Source of the DNA: Takakia lepidozioides
Lineage: Eukaryota > Plantae > Bryophyta
Assembly (NCBI GenBank): GCA_030704615.1
Contig: CM060732.1
Coordinates: 36,456,001 to 36,520,000, forward strand
DNA: 64,000 nt
Direction: 5' to 3'
In this document: in pieces, positions 1 through 11,194 of the stretch
Position numbering within the stretch: the first letter of the stretch is position 1
How the letters are laid out: each line of letters starts with the position of its first letter
Notes under the pieces: model-generated
The model's input: only the letters and a program-made list of their open reading frames with translations
The model's database searches: none
Told to the model about the DNA's origin: nothing
Position numbers and translations under genes: made by a program

Positions 1-2
1 AG

Positions 3-1898
3 TTGCAAGAAGTGAACGTACTACATACAGAGTTGGAGGCAGTACATCAGAGGATGACCATACAATGTGCTACACTAACAACTGCTCTAGAGCAAACTGC
101 ATTAGAAGTTAACAGACAAGGGGAGAGATGTATGATGACAGAAGTTGAGATAATAGAGCAAGGGAAACTTATTGTTGATTTGCAGGCTACAATCTGTCGC
201 AATGAGAATACTTTCCAACAGTACAGACAGGTTGAGGCTGATCAGGAGAGGTACATCCTGGAGTTGCAACAAACAGTCATGGTCAATAGAAATGAACTCT
301 TTGTGGCTAACAAGGCTTGGAAGGAAGCCAATAATCTGGTTGCTGCCTATGCGGGTCTGGTTGAACCTCATGCGAAGCGCATGGAGGCTTTACAGCAGCA
401 GTTAGATGTGTACAGACTCACGGAGGAGCAGACTCTCAGGGGTGCCACACAGGACTTGGTGGATAACCACCTTATGCAGGTATGGTTAACACAAGGGCCG
501 GTAGAAGGCAAAGCACCAAAGAAGCTCACCCAGGGGGAGATGAATGAGCTCAGATTGCAGGTGCAGAACATTGCCACAACTACTATAGACAATGTCTATA
601 GTAGGATAGTGGAGCTACAGGAGGATGTGGAAGGCCTACAAACTCAAGTGGATGACCTGAGTTCAAATATTGACAAGAGAGTCTTTGTTCCTAATGAGCA
701 GCTGATGGCTACTTATTTACATGCCAGGACTCTAATTTTTCAGTCTTCTTCGCAGGGGGTGCAGGAGATGTCAGTGGTACCAATACTACAGTAGGTGCCT
801 GTGCAAGTAGCTAACCCTGTTGCTACTACAGCAAAACCACAGCTTGAGGTATGGAGGGATGCTACTTTTAACCCACCTAGGACTTCTGCTACACGGGAGT
901 ACAGTCAGGCTATGATTATGCCCTTCAACCAAATTCCCATTGTGCTGGATTTGGCTTGGAAGGAATTTAGTCCTCCGCAGTCGTTGGCACATTACTACCA
1001 GATCATGCGCATTTGGTTGCCAGTGGCAATTCGGACTAAGGTTCTTCCGAACAATCGACCCATTGAGGATTATCACTTTGCAAGGTACTGGTTTGAGGCA
1101 GGTACCATGCTGAAGGAATTAATTGTCTTCCAGGTTGTACATGGGTACATCTATACCAAGACCAAGGAGGTATCTAGTATTGTCATGGGCTGTGGATTAT
1201 ACTATGCTGCTTGTTTTATGGCATGTTATCACATTGAGTAGCAGTAGATGCAATCACGATTTCTGAGTTATTCCAGTGGGGATCATTGGGTCTTACCTTC
1301 AGTGCCACCTCATATGTACCTGTATGATGCAAAAGTTATGGTGCAGAAGGATTCCCAACTTCATTCATGGTTTAATTCGGCTTGGAACAATTTGGCAATA
1401 GAGAAATTCGGCCATGATGATATTTTCTTTAAGGGACATGAAGCCTGGAAATACTTACACTGTTCCAAAGTCATTGGCACACCTCTCACCTGTACGGCTA
1501 AGGAGTTCAGGGCGTTCACTAATTTTGCTTGCAAGCGCTTACAGCAAGTCGTACAGTTTAAACTTCCAGACATAGTGGGCCCACATTGTATGCCGCGAAG
1601 GATTCCCGAGAAGCCACTTAAAGTTCGGCCGTTAAAACACCTAAGGGGGGACGAGGATTCTGATACTACTCATTCTTCAGAGGACTCTTTTGACATGGCA
1701 GAGGACTATGCACTTCAGATGGCAGAGAAGAAACGACGGGGATCTCCTATGCCTGAGAGGTTACCACGTTATCAGCCAAAGGGGGGTCAGACATTTCTAG
1801 GTAGTGCTCAATCGTCTCCGTCAGCCAGTGACATGACTCGGGCTCGTACACGGAGTCCTTCACGAGACTCTCACCGACAGAAGGGTGCTCGCTCATAA
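3..1898 (+). pseudogene. Additional (non gag/pol) sense ORF of the retroelement: coiled-coil N-half, Ser/Arg-rich tail, interrupted by 3 TAG stops
   Basis: ORFs 3-794, 795-1241 and 1248-1898 share one frame and are separated only by TAG codons (792-794, 1239-1241, 1245-1247). The N-part is heptad-like and Q/E/L-rich. The frame ends 45 bp before the PPT. Confidence 0.65.
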
Positions 1899-1943
1899 AG
1901 GTTTGCTGATCCCAAACAGTAAATCGTGAGGACACGGCTTTTT

Positions 1944-1960
1944 GAGAGGGGGAGGGGTAA
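1944..1960 (+). other. Polypurine tract
   Basis: GAGAGGGGGAGGGGTAA directly upstream of the TG at 1961. Confidence 0.75.
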
Positions 1961-2782
1961 TGTTAGAGGGCTGCTTGGGACTTAGACGCTTTTACGGGTT
2001 CTGTGGGGTACCCTTAATTTTTGCGCAGACTTATGAATGGTAGACTGAGACCAACAGGAGCCTTAGGGGTGGCAGGCGCAGGCTTTAGGGGGGGTAAACA
2101 GCTTGTCACAGTCTATCACAGCCAGACACAACCCAACACAGCTTCGCACAGCCAGTCACAGCCCGACACAGCTTTACACGGCCCGTCACAGTCTATCACA
2201 GCCAGACACAGCCCGACACAGCTTCGCACAGCCAGTCACAGCTCGGCACAACTTGATACAGCCTGTCACAGTGTACATGGGGAACAGTTATCATTGACAG
2301 GGAACGACTGTGTGGGAACAACATCTGCAGAGGGAATGTGTTACTTCAGGGGTGACGGTTAGTTAGTTAGGTGGTTAGAACAGCTTGCGGGTAGATTAGG
2401 CAGGGCGGCAACATGAAGATGATCACTTCTTGAGGAGGGCGACTTGTTCAGAAAAGGGGAGACGTAACGAAATTATACAGTAGGGTAGATTAGGGACACC
2501 ATGACATAGGCATGATACATGATTAATCTTAATCCAATACTGAATCGATACAAACATACTGTGTAGAGAGACATGAGAGAGGTTGTGGAATGAATGCATG
2601 ATTAATTGGAACATAGTAGATACTGAAGCAATCTGATGCTTCAGTATACACGGTAAGGTAAATTGATAACATGAAGGCAAGAAGGAATACAAATAGGAAG
2701 CACAACCATGATTCACTAGTTGTAGGTCATGAGTGATTGTTCTGAGCGGGCTGAGTGCTTAGAGATATCCAACTCTTCTATC
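1961..2782 (+). repeat. Putative 3' LTR (~820 bp; right boundary approximate)
   Basis: Starts with TG after the PPT. Non-coding. Contains a hairpin (atactgaagca/tgcttcagtat, 2620-2647). Ends where an unrelated minus-strand coding sequence is cut. No second LTR in the window to confirm it. Confidence 0.6.
2101..2270 (+). repeat. 10-bp tandem array (17 units, consensus ~GCYNNNCACA) with an 80-bp higher-order repeat
   Basis: Units gcttgtcaca, gtctatcaca, gccagacaca, etc. Units 2-6 recur as units 10-14. Confidence 0.9.
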
Positions 2783-4510
2783 TTGGAGTTTCCACCTCGG
2801 ATAGCGAAGGGATGGGTGAGTAAAAGCCGCTCGACAGCCTGTACACCATATCCCTGGGAGCAAGCTCCATCATGGAAACTTTGACGTCCTGGGTTGCCTC
2901 AAACCCAAAAGGAAACATGTCCTTGTAGTCTTGCTCCAGCCTCTCCAGCATCTTCTCGCACTTCTCTTTGTCGAATATGTCTGCAGCCTTGGGTTTCTTG
3001 TTATCTGTCATGAACGCGGGATCCATCTCCTCATTTTATTTCTTCTTTCCCCCTGATGTCCCGGCTTCATTCTCATCTATGGATTTCCGTTTTCCCTTCT
3101 TTGGCCTCCCTCTTGCAGCCTCCTCCTCTCGGGTCGTTGCAATCTCCTTACCCTTTAGGTAAAAGCACATCCAAGAAAATACCCCAAGCCATGCAAAATC
3201 CTTCATCTGTAAATTAAGTACCCTCGTCGCAATATGTGAACCCCGCCCTGATGGACTCTCTCATCATGGCCTTCCTTAGAATTCGTGCCTCCAGTTTGAA
3301 GCCAAACGTTCTGGGAAATCTACCATCTTCCATCATGAACATTACCAACATTGGAAATTCCACCTCCATCTCCAACTCTACGTCGACCACATCTGCATAT
3401 TTGAGCTTGGCGACCTCTGCACCAATCTTGTATTGGAACCGGAACTTATGGTCCGGAGGTGTGCCAATGGGTACAATGCCCCATTCTGTGATCTCCGGGT
3501 TGAGCTCAAAAATTGCCAAATGATCATTCTTGAAATTCGGAGATTTTCGAGAAACAAAAGAACCACAGATATGTTTGCACATTCCAACAATACAATCCCT
3601 GGGGGTGATGTTGTTGTGCACAGAACAAACCATCTCTGTCGTCAGACACATATCATAACAACCATACAAAACTCCCAGGACAGTAACCTCCACTGTCCAC
3701 TGGAGGTTCACCACTTCACATGCTCATAGCTGACAGATAAAAGAATCCAATTCAGGAGAAAAAAAAGATATCACTCATAAGAAGAAAAAAACATTTATTC
3801 AGAGAAGGCTCATCTCGCCATTCAATACATCATGCGGTCTCAAAATTGTTCGAATAACGAATACCCAATATCTACAAGAACTCGATATTCTTTTGTAAGA
3901 TGAGGTTCATCTTTTCATTTTCTTATATCTACAATAACTACAGGAGGCTCTCTCGAATCATCCTCAAGGTTTAAGGGGAGTACTCTCTAGGGGTATATGT
4001 CGGAGAATATCCAGAGATGTATTATGGAGAATGTCCAGGGACGTACTGAGGAGAATCTGTAGGGACATATTCTGGAGAATTTACAAGGACAGATACTGCA
4101 TACTAAGGAGAGTGAGGACTGTATCCGGGAGCGGACGGAAGGACGGATCCCGGGTACTGTTCACTATCTTCTACAGAAATGTCATTATCTGAATCAGACT
4201 GAAGATTGCACTCATTACTTTCATCTTTCTCTTCCTCTGTTTCCTCCGTTGTCTCCCGTCGAATAAGTCCCTCGAACATTGATTCGTCAGTGCCCGGATT
4301 TATGAAGGCTTGCACGTCAGAGCCCACATCTGATATTTCATTCTCAGCTCTCTTCTGGAAGGTTTTTGTTTTCGATACAACCAGTGATGCGTCTTGGTTT
4401 TCTGCTTCGTTGATGCTTACTGGATTCTGTCTCCTTGGCCTCTTACAGATGTCGACGACGGTCTCAGAACCATCTTTGGCCACCGTGTGCACTCCTACGC
4501 CCCTTCTTTT
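2783..4510 (-). pseudogene. Decayed multi-exon gene of unknown function (acidic region, SPxY/YSP repeats, globular segment, basic region), probably TE accessory gene
   Basis: Minus ORFs 4103-4534, 3214-3714 and 2778-3026 can be linked across stops, frameshifts and probable introns. Cut at the LTR. Confidence 0.5.
3975..4125 (-). repeat. 24-bp coding tandem repeat (octapeptide SPxYxPxx)
   Basis: Plus-strand 'ggagaat' recurs every 24 bp (4002, 4026, 4050, 4074). Minus translation: GYSPHSP*Y...NSPEYVPTDSPQYVPGHSP*YISGYSPTYTPREYSP. Confidence 0.8.
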
Positions 4511-6272
4511 TATACTGACAAAACAAAAAATCAACGCAGGGGAGGCACCAACATAAGTCTATCTCAATACATCCTTATGTTGTGCCTTGGCATAGTAACA
4601 CGCAGGAACCTCCACTGGGCAGGCGAGGTTCGTGTGGTTTGTCCTGCTAGAGTTTATGGAGGTCTACTAGAGGTCTAGTGGCCTACGAAGACTAGTCTAC
4701 TAGAGAGTAGCCTAGGCCCGAAGAAAAACCCATTTTCAAATGTCGGAAATTCGGAAAAACAATCGCAAAAAACCATGATCCTAACCAGCCATAACCCTAA
4801 TCCATAACCCTAATAATCCAGCAGCACCAGTAAACCAGGACCACAAACCACCTATACCAACCACCCTTACAAACCACCATGCAAACCACCAGCAGAGAAG
4901 CAGCAATGCATTGAAACACCTAAACAGCTTTAATCAATTCAAACTAATTGAAACAGCTTTGGAACCACATGAATTGAAATGAGATGCTTCGCAGCAGACA
5001 AGACAGCACACTCATGAAACATGACATGCAAGAAACAAATGGTGTTCTATAACCTCTGGAACGAAAGCGAGTGAGGAAGAGAAGCAAACCAACAGCGACG
5101 TGGGCGATGTTGACCAACAAAAGCAACAGCAAAACAAAAAGAAAAGCAAATCAACAAACTGAACAAAAAGATAATGAGAGAATGACATCAAACCAGATGC
5201 GTAAACGAGAACATTCCTGCTGGATGCGTGAGCCATTTCGGTGCCCATGTTGCTGACCTGAAATGCCTGACCCTTAAGCTTCCACCGCTCCACTCCGCTC
5301 TCCCTTACGCTCTGCTTCCCTCCTATCTCCTGTCTGCACTTGAATCCGTTGTCTGCTTCCTTTCCTCCACTGCACTCTCACGCTGCACTAAACTGCACGC
5401 TCTATTCTCTCAGCTCTCACGGCACCCTGCACAACACGCTATCTGCACTTCACGCTCTCCCCCCTTCAAAACACTCTGCTTTCTAACGCTAGTCGGTCTT
5501 ACCACTTCCGCAGCGCTTCCGCGTATACAATGGAGTGGCGAAAGGGTGGGCTGAACGACCACACCCCTTATATGGTGCCGTTGCAAAAGATCTGAACCAT
5601 CGCGTCCTTTCGAAATCGAACGGTCGTGCGTGTTCCATCCAACATCCATGCAAATATCATCCAATTCATCCTTTCCATTCTGTCCATCCATTTTACGAAT
5701 GACTAGATGAAATGAATAAACAGATGAATGAACGAGAAAATATGACGTTAATGATCCCTTGCACAGGATCATCAATTATAACCCCGCGGGATATTTCCCA
5801 CACCCCACACGTGACGATAAATGAAATCTACAAGTCAGATCCTCCTGCGGCGTTTTGCCGCTGGGAATTATTGCTCCTGACCATGTCTACATTCGGCGGA
5901 TTAAGGCTCATTTACGCCCGCCGCATTCTCGGCCGAGTGTCATAGCTGCACGAATTCATGAAACGCTTGTCATCGGCGTCAGGCCTTCATCCACTTGGAC
6001 AACATTGAATGCAAAATACGTACTGCTTGATAAGCATGAGTGCGAAACCATTGAACCCACCGTTATCGTTCTGGCATCATAATTGTTACATAGAGATCTA
6101 CCAGTAAATGACACTCTTTTCCGAAATCGGTCAAAGAGTGCACTCCTGCACCATCCAGAACCGTTCGATTGTGGCCATATCGGATATCAACGGCGTCGGA
6201 AATCGATCCGCGAGACAATGTATCACACTATCCCATTAGAGGAGTTCCAGCGGGCAACCTGGTTTCCACCTC

Positions 6273-6279
6273 TATATAA
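6273..6279 (+). promoter_or_regulatory. Candidate TATA box of the transposase transcript
   Basis: CTATATAAG followed by a pyrimidine-rich leader, upstream of the acceptor at 6954. Confidence 0.4.
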
Positions 6280-6975
6280 GGTCTGAGTGCAAACTGTTCA
6301 AACTTCTATCTCCATACCTCACACTTGCAGATTGTGTTTCCCACACCTCTCTGGTAATCTCCCACCTCACTTCCCATAGTGCACCTCTCTGAGTATCTTG
6401 TACCTCTGTGGCCATCGCAGGTGTACCTCTCATAATTTCCATAATCTCTTATGTGAACTGCATTTTCTCCCGTACAAAATGTTATGACATCTGTGTGTTT
6501 TCGATACTCTACATGAAAATCTACTTATTTCTCATCTGCATGTTTAGAAGTTACAGTCCAATACTCTTCAATTTCTGTATTTTGTCATACCTCAAGTTGT
6601 GGACCTCCATTGGACAGTCGCGTCAATGCTCACATTCATCCGTCATTACCATTATTCATCCACGTAACCATGTTCATCCACTAGTATTCATCTGTCCGAC
6701 TTTTTTCATTATTATCTCATCCAACCTCCACTGTACAGTGGAGGTTATATAATTAGACACAATCTTCATATGACATGTTCCAGACCAAACAGTCATTCCA
6801 TTTCTATTCTACTTCTCTGAAAAGTTCATACACGAGTGTATTTCCTTTTATTGTATTGATTCATCTCTGAATATAGTCTTAATTCATACTGCTTATTACT
6901 GTAAGTAAGGTCGTCACGGAGGGGTTTTCAGTTTCTTTAACCTCGCGTATGCAGTGGAGGTTCCGGTGATCATGA

Positions 6976-9900
6976 GCTTAGAGCCGGGTCAAAGAGTGTT
7001 TCTTTCTCTTCCCGGGTCTTCATCTCCAGTAGCGACTGGGGACTGCCTTAATGTCTCCGGTGTTGGGACTTGTCATGGACACCAATTATCTTCCTCAACC
7101 ATTTCAGCGTTCTCATCTCCTATGATGAAGCACACTCATTATGTCCTCTTCCTTATGGACATATGGATGCTGACACCTTAAAGGAGGCAATTGGGACCCC
7201 GGTGGTGTGGAATGTTGGCGAAGTTCATGCGGAGAATAACGAGTATCAAGGAGGGCCTGACATGAATCCTGATTTTATGCCGGAGACAAGGGATACTGCC
7301 GAGAATTCTGACGTCGACGAGGATGAATCAAACCACAGACCATCGAAGAGTTCCGGGAATCCGAGCAGAGGACTCGGAAGAAACAACTGGAAAAACTTGC
7401 AGTGCGTACTGTTGGGTGATGATGGGGGTGCACTGTTCGAGGGGAAAATTCAAGCCTGCATTCCGGACGAGGTGATCCTCAATGACAAACTGGGAGAGGA
7501 CGATGTTGGAATTCTTGTCACCAGAATACTTTTTGGAGGTTCTGGATCTTTGATGTCTCTTGTAAAATGGCCTTTAACAAAAACACGACTTTTGGAAAGT
7601 GGGAGACTACTCTCAAATGATGTGGATAATTTTATTAGATCCTCCAACAACATCTTGTACGAAGATCACGAGGCAGGTGTGAAGAAAGCGGCGTATCGGC
7701 ATTTTATGAGGAAGAAGAAGGATCGAGATTTGGAACACTCCAAAAAAAGAATGAAGAATCTTACTCTGGAGGAAGTTCGGTCCGTAAGCAGCAAACCTTG
7801 CTGCAGACTTCACTGCTGTCAATATTTCGATTGGCGAAAAACCTTGGTTATCCGTACTTCGTTTTGGGGATCCACTTTCGATGAGAGGAGAGAACACGGA
7901 CTAAATGTTTCAAAACGACTTCACATGCTGGAAGGGACCTCTCGCAGGGCATACGTTACGATTGAGGGTGTGGATGTTTGTGAGACTGCTTGGTGGAAAT
8001 TCATGGAATTGGCAGGTCCACATACATGGAGTACAAAAAGTTGAGTAAACAGGGTTGGGTATCAAGTCTCCATGGGAACCGTGGAGTGAAGAGGCCACGC
8101 CCAAGGACGCTTCAGGCAGAGGGTAACATTATGTCCATTATCAACGGAAATACTGACCTCATGTCCCATAAGACAAGATGCATTGGGGAGGGAAGGAGGG
8201 ATACTTTGAGAGTCTTACCACCTGAAATGAACTGGAAGCGAATACGAGACGAGTCCAACGAGGTATGAAATCTCCATTCTTCAATTTCTTTCCTGGAAGT
8301 CTTTTCTGATTCAATTTGGATGATCATCCCTTCGATTTTGTCTCTTTCGATTGTGGTTCTAGCTTCATGAACCTCCACTGTCCAGTGGACGTTCCTTTCC
8401 TGACCCTGCCTTATTGTAACAGTCCAACAGACTATTCGGGTTGGAAGGAATCTCGCAGTTGGCTGTTAGCCGCATCCGGAGTCGGATATTTCCTAACGTG
8501 GAGGTTCGTAAAACTGGGAGTACATTTGCGAAGTGCACAGAGTGTGAGATGTTAAAGGACCTGATCAGAAAGTCTGTCAAGAGAAGTGCGGAACAGGTTA
8601 CACACAAACGAGCTCTTGATAAACATTTGAGGCACCAAGAGTCGTGCAGAAGACTGTACCATAGCTGGAGGAATGAGTCTGTTATGATTCCGGAGAAGTT
8701 TCTCTGTATTATTCACGACAAAATGGATCATAGGAAAACAGCTGTTCCAAGGCTACAGACTCCAAACAAGATGATTTCTGGATTGGGTCAGCTTCCAATT
8801 TCACTAACGGGAATGGTCACGCACGGACACGGTGATAGAGCTTACGGACAGTATTCTCTTGAGTTCTGGAAGGAAAATTCAAACTTTACAATTGGTTCTT
8901 TGGCCCATTGCCTGCGCCAGCTGGAGAAGCCAACCTGCCGCGAGTCCAAGAACATTTTCAATTACCGACTTCAAAACGAGTTTTTCGAATCACTTTTAAG
9001 AGGTAAATCGAGATGTTTGGATGCTCTGAAACCCTGCAGGCCGGAAGACAAACGTGGTGCTCGTCCACTTCCGAGAAGATTGTACTTGCAAATGGACAAC
9101 TCCGCGAAGGACAATAAGAACAGATGGATGCTTGCTTTTCTATCCCTCCCGACCGCCAAAGATGTTTTTGAAGAAATCCAACTAGGGTTTATAATGGTCG
9201 GACACACCATGATGACATCGACGGGTTCTTCAGCTACCTTTCGAAGAAGCTGAAGGAACGAAGCACCTACATTCTTTCGGATTTGATGAGGTCTTTTATG
9301 ACCTCGCAAGATCTGTAGTTCATTCCACAGATTATTCAGGAGGTTCCCGACTTCATGAACTTTGTCAAGGGCTGTATTCTGGATCGAAAGGAGGCGTTGG
9401 TCGGGATTTCGGAGATGCACGTCTTCCGTTTTTTTAAGGATGCCGAGGGCTGGCCCGTCATGAAGTACAAGAAGTCCACTACTGATTCGGATTGGCTTCC
9501 AACAAACAATAGCGTGAAGATATGGAAGTCCAATCCTGACGGGACTCCCAAGCTCCCTGAAGGAGACCCAGACGCCGTTCCAAGGAGACCTATCTGGGGA
9601 GTCGGGGACGACTCCTCCGAAAAACAGTCATTCATTAAGAATGGAATAAAAAAATATAGGGATTTTTGGACGAAAGGAATGATGCTTGACGATCATTACA
9701 GAGGTCGAATGGAACAATACGACAAGTACTGGGGAAACATTCTCGCCGAGTTGGATAAGCCAATTCCAGAAGCTCCCGAGCGTATTCAGCTTCTTGAGGG
9801 ATTCTGGCCAAAAACAAATTGGTCCAAGAATCATCATAGAGATGGAATCCATCCACATATAGTGCCAGATGTGGAAGAAGAGGATGAAATCCTAGAACCT

Positions 9901-10387
9901 TACTATGGCCCGAGGTGTGAGCGACCAAGAATATCCCTGAATCCGTTCAAGGATATTGAGAAAGGGTTCTTTGTGCTCGTTCGCCCTCATGACCCAAGTA
10001 CGTGCCCGGTCTGGATGGGGGTGGCAATATTTGACGTGATCCGCGAAAGGGAGGATCCTAATTTTAAGAAAGTGAATGTGGAGTGGTGGAGACCGAGAAA
10101 AGGTGGTAACCCAACAGACTTGGAAAGGTACAGGGACTGTTGGTCAAAACTTTGGGAGTATAACTCGACAGATCCTCCTCAATGGATCCACGTGAACAAT
10201 GTTGTGTGGACAATGCCTCCACGGAAAAATACGACAAGTAATAGCTACTAAGAGAATTACTGCCGCCGAAGTAGTGAAGGCGCGCGCTAATTTGGAGGAG
10301 GCTAATCGTCAGTCAGAAAGCGAGTCGTGCGAGCAAGTTCCAGACCAAGGACATATTGTTGAGGTCAACTCCAGTACTTCGATTTAA
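6976..10387 (+). pseudogene. Sola-like DDD transposase (DUF7869-type core), frameshifted
   Basis: Motifs CIIHDKMDHRKTAVP, LYLQMDNSAKDNKN and FIMVGHT(H)DDIDGFFS (1-nt deletion near 9208), plus Cys motifs CCRLHCC and CTEC. GT-AG intron ~8263-8422. Frameshifts near 7090, 7995, 9208 and 10245; TAG at 9316. Confidence 0.65.
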
Positions 10388-11194
10388 GAAATAAATTTTT
10401 TCTTCTCTATATGGGCTTTCTTGTTTGCGTTGGGGGATCATTTTTGCAATCTTCTTATGTCGCACTGAACCTCGAATATCCAGTGGACGTTCTCGTCCTT
10501 TGTTTCTGGTTTGCTGGATTCTGGCCTGTTGTGCGTCCTGGTCAACAAAGAATACCCCGTGGGGGAGTTTCGCCTACATAACATATAGATCACAAGAACA
10601 AAATGGGCAGGCACGACCACTGGAGTCTTCAAATTCGGTCAAAGAGGTTTTTAACAACGGAAGAAAATAGCCTATTTCTAGTCATTATCTGAAACATTGG
10701 ACTTGCTTTTCGCATAACCAATTATCCCACTGAAGTCTCCCACTAGGAGGAGCCTTACTCAATCGTTGTTGACATACTTTTCAATTTGCCAGTCCTGAAG
10801 TTTTTTCTCTAAGGTTTTCCTCCATTTTCCCTCTAAGTTCTACGACTTTTCTGCATCAAATTTTCATTTCATTTCATTTTCATACTTCTCATCTTTGGCC
10901 CTGGTTTAAGAGGGAATTTCACATGTCCTTTTCCGTTGTTCAAATTTTAAGCAATTTCTATTTCTCATAGTTTTTATTTGGTGGTCTGATTTTTTATCCT
11001 CTCTCATGTTTTCTTCAGATCCATTTTCTCCCATGAGATCCAGGCGCTTCCCAAAAGTCGTTATATAACGCCATTTTCTTTCCAAATCTCATAGTGTGTA
11101 TTTATTTTTTTATTTTTTTATTTTTTTTTTTTTTGGCAATTTAGGATTTAGTATTGACATACCTTTTTTATAGTACCTTGCTTTTTTTTGTTAG

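Larger units (their letters stand above)
1..2782 (+). mobile_element. 3' portion of a Ty3/gypsy LTR retrotransposon (extra 3' ORF, PPT, 3' LTR); 5' part lies outside the window
   Basis: Typical gypsy internal-domain end 'tcgtgaggacacggctttttgagagggggaggggtaa' immediately followed by TG (TGTTAGAGGG at 1961). The putative LTR end 'ctcttctatc' (~2773-2782) is an imperfect inverse of the start. Confidence 0.7.

Noticed and set aside
792-1247. Programmed stop readthrough, alternative code or U-to-C editing of TAG codons
   Set aside because: Host genes in the window use TAG as a normal stop (STN8, SNX2, PPR); C>T decay in methylated TEs is simpler.
2101-2270. CRISPR-like array
   Set aside because: Units are 10 bp without unique spacers, the context is eukaryotic, and there are no cas genes.
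2021-2362. ORFs with SHSQ/TARH repeats
   Set aside because: By-product of the 10-bp LTR array; no other coding evidence.
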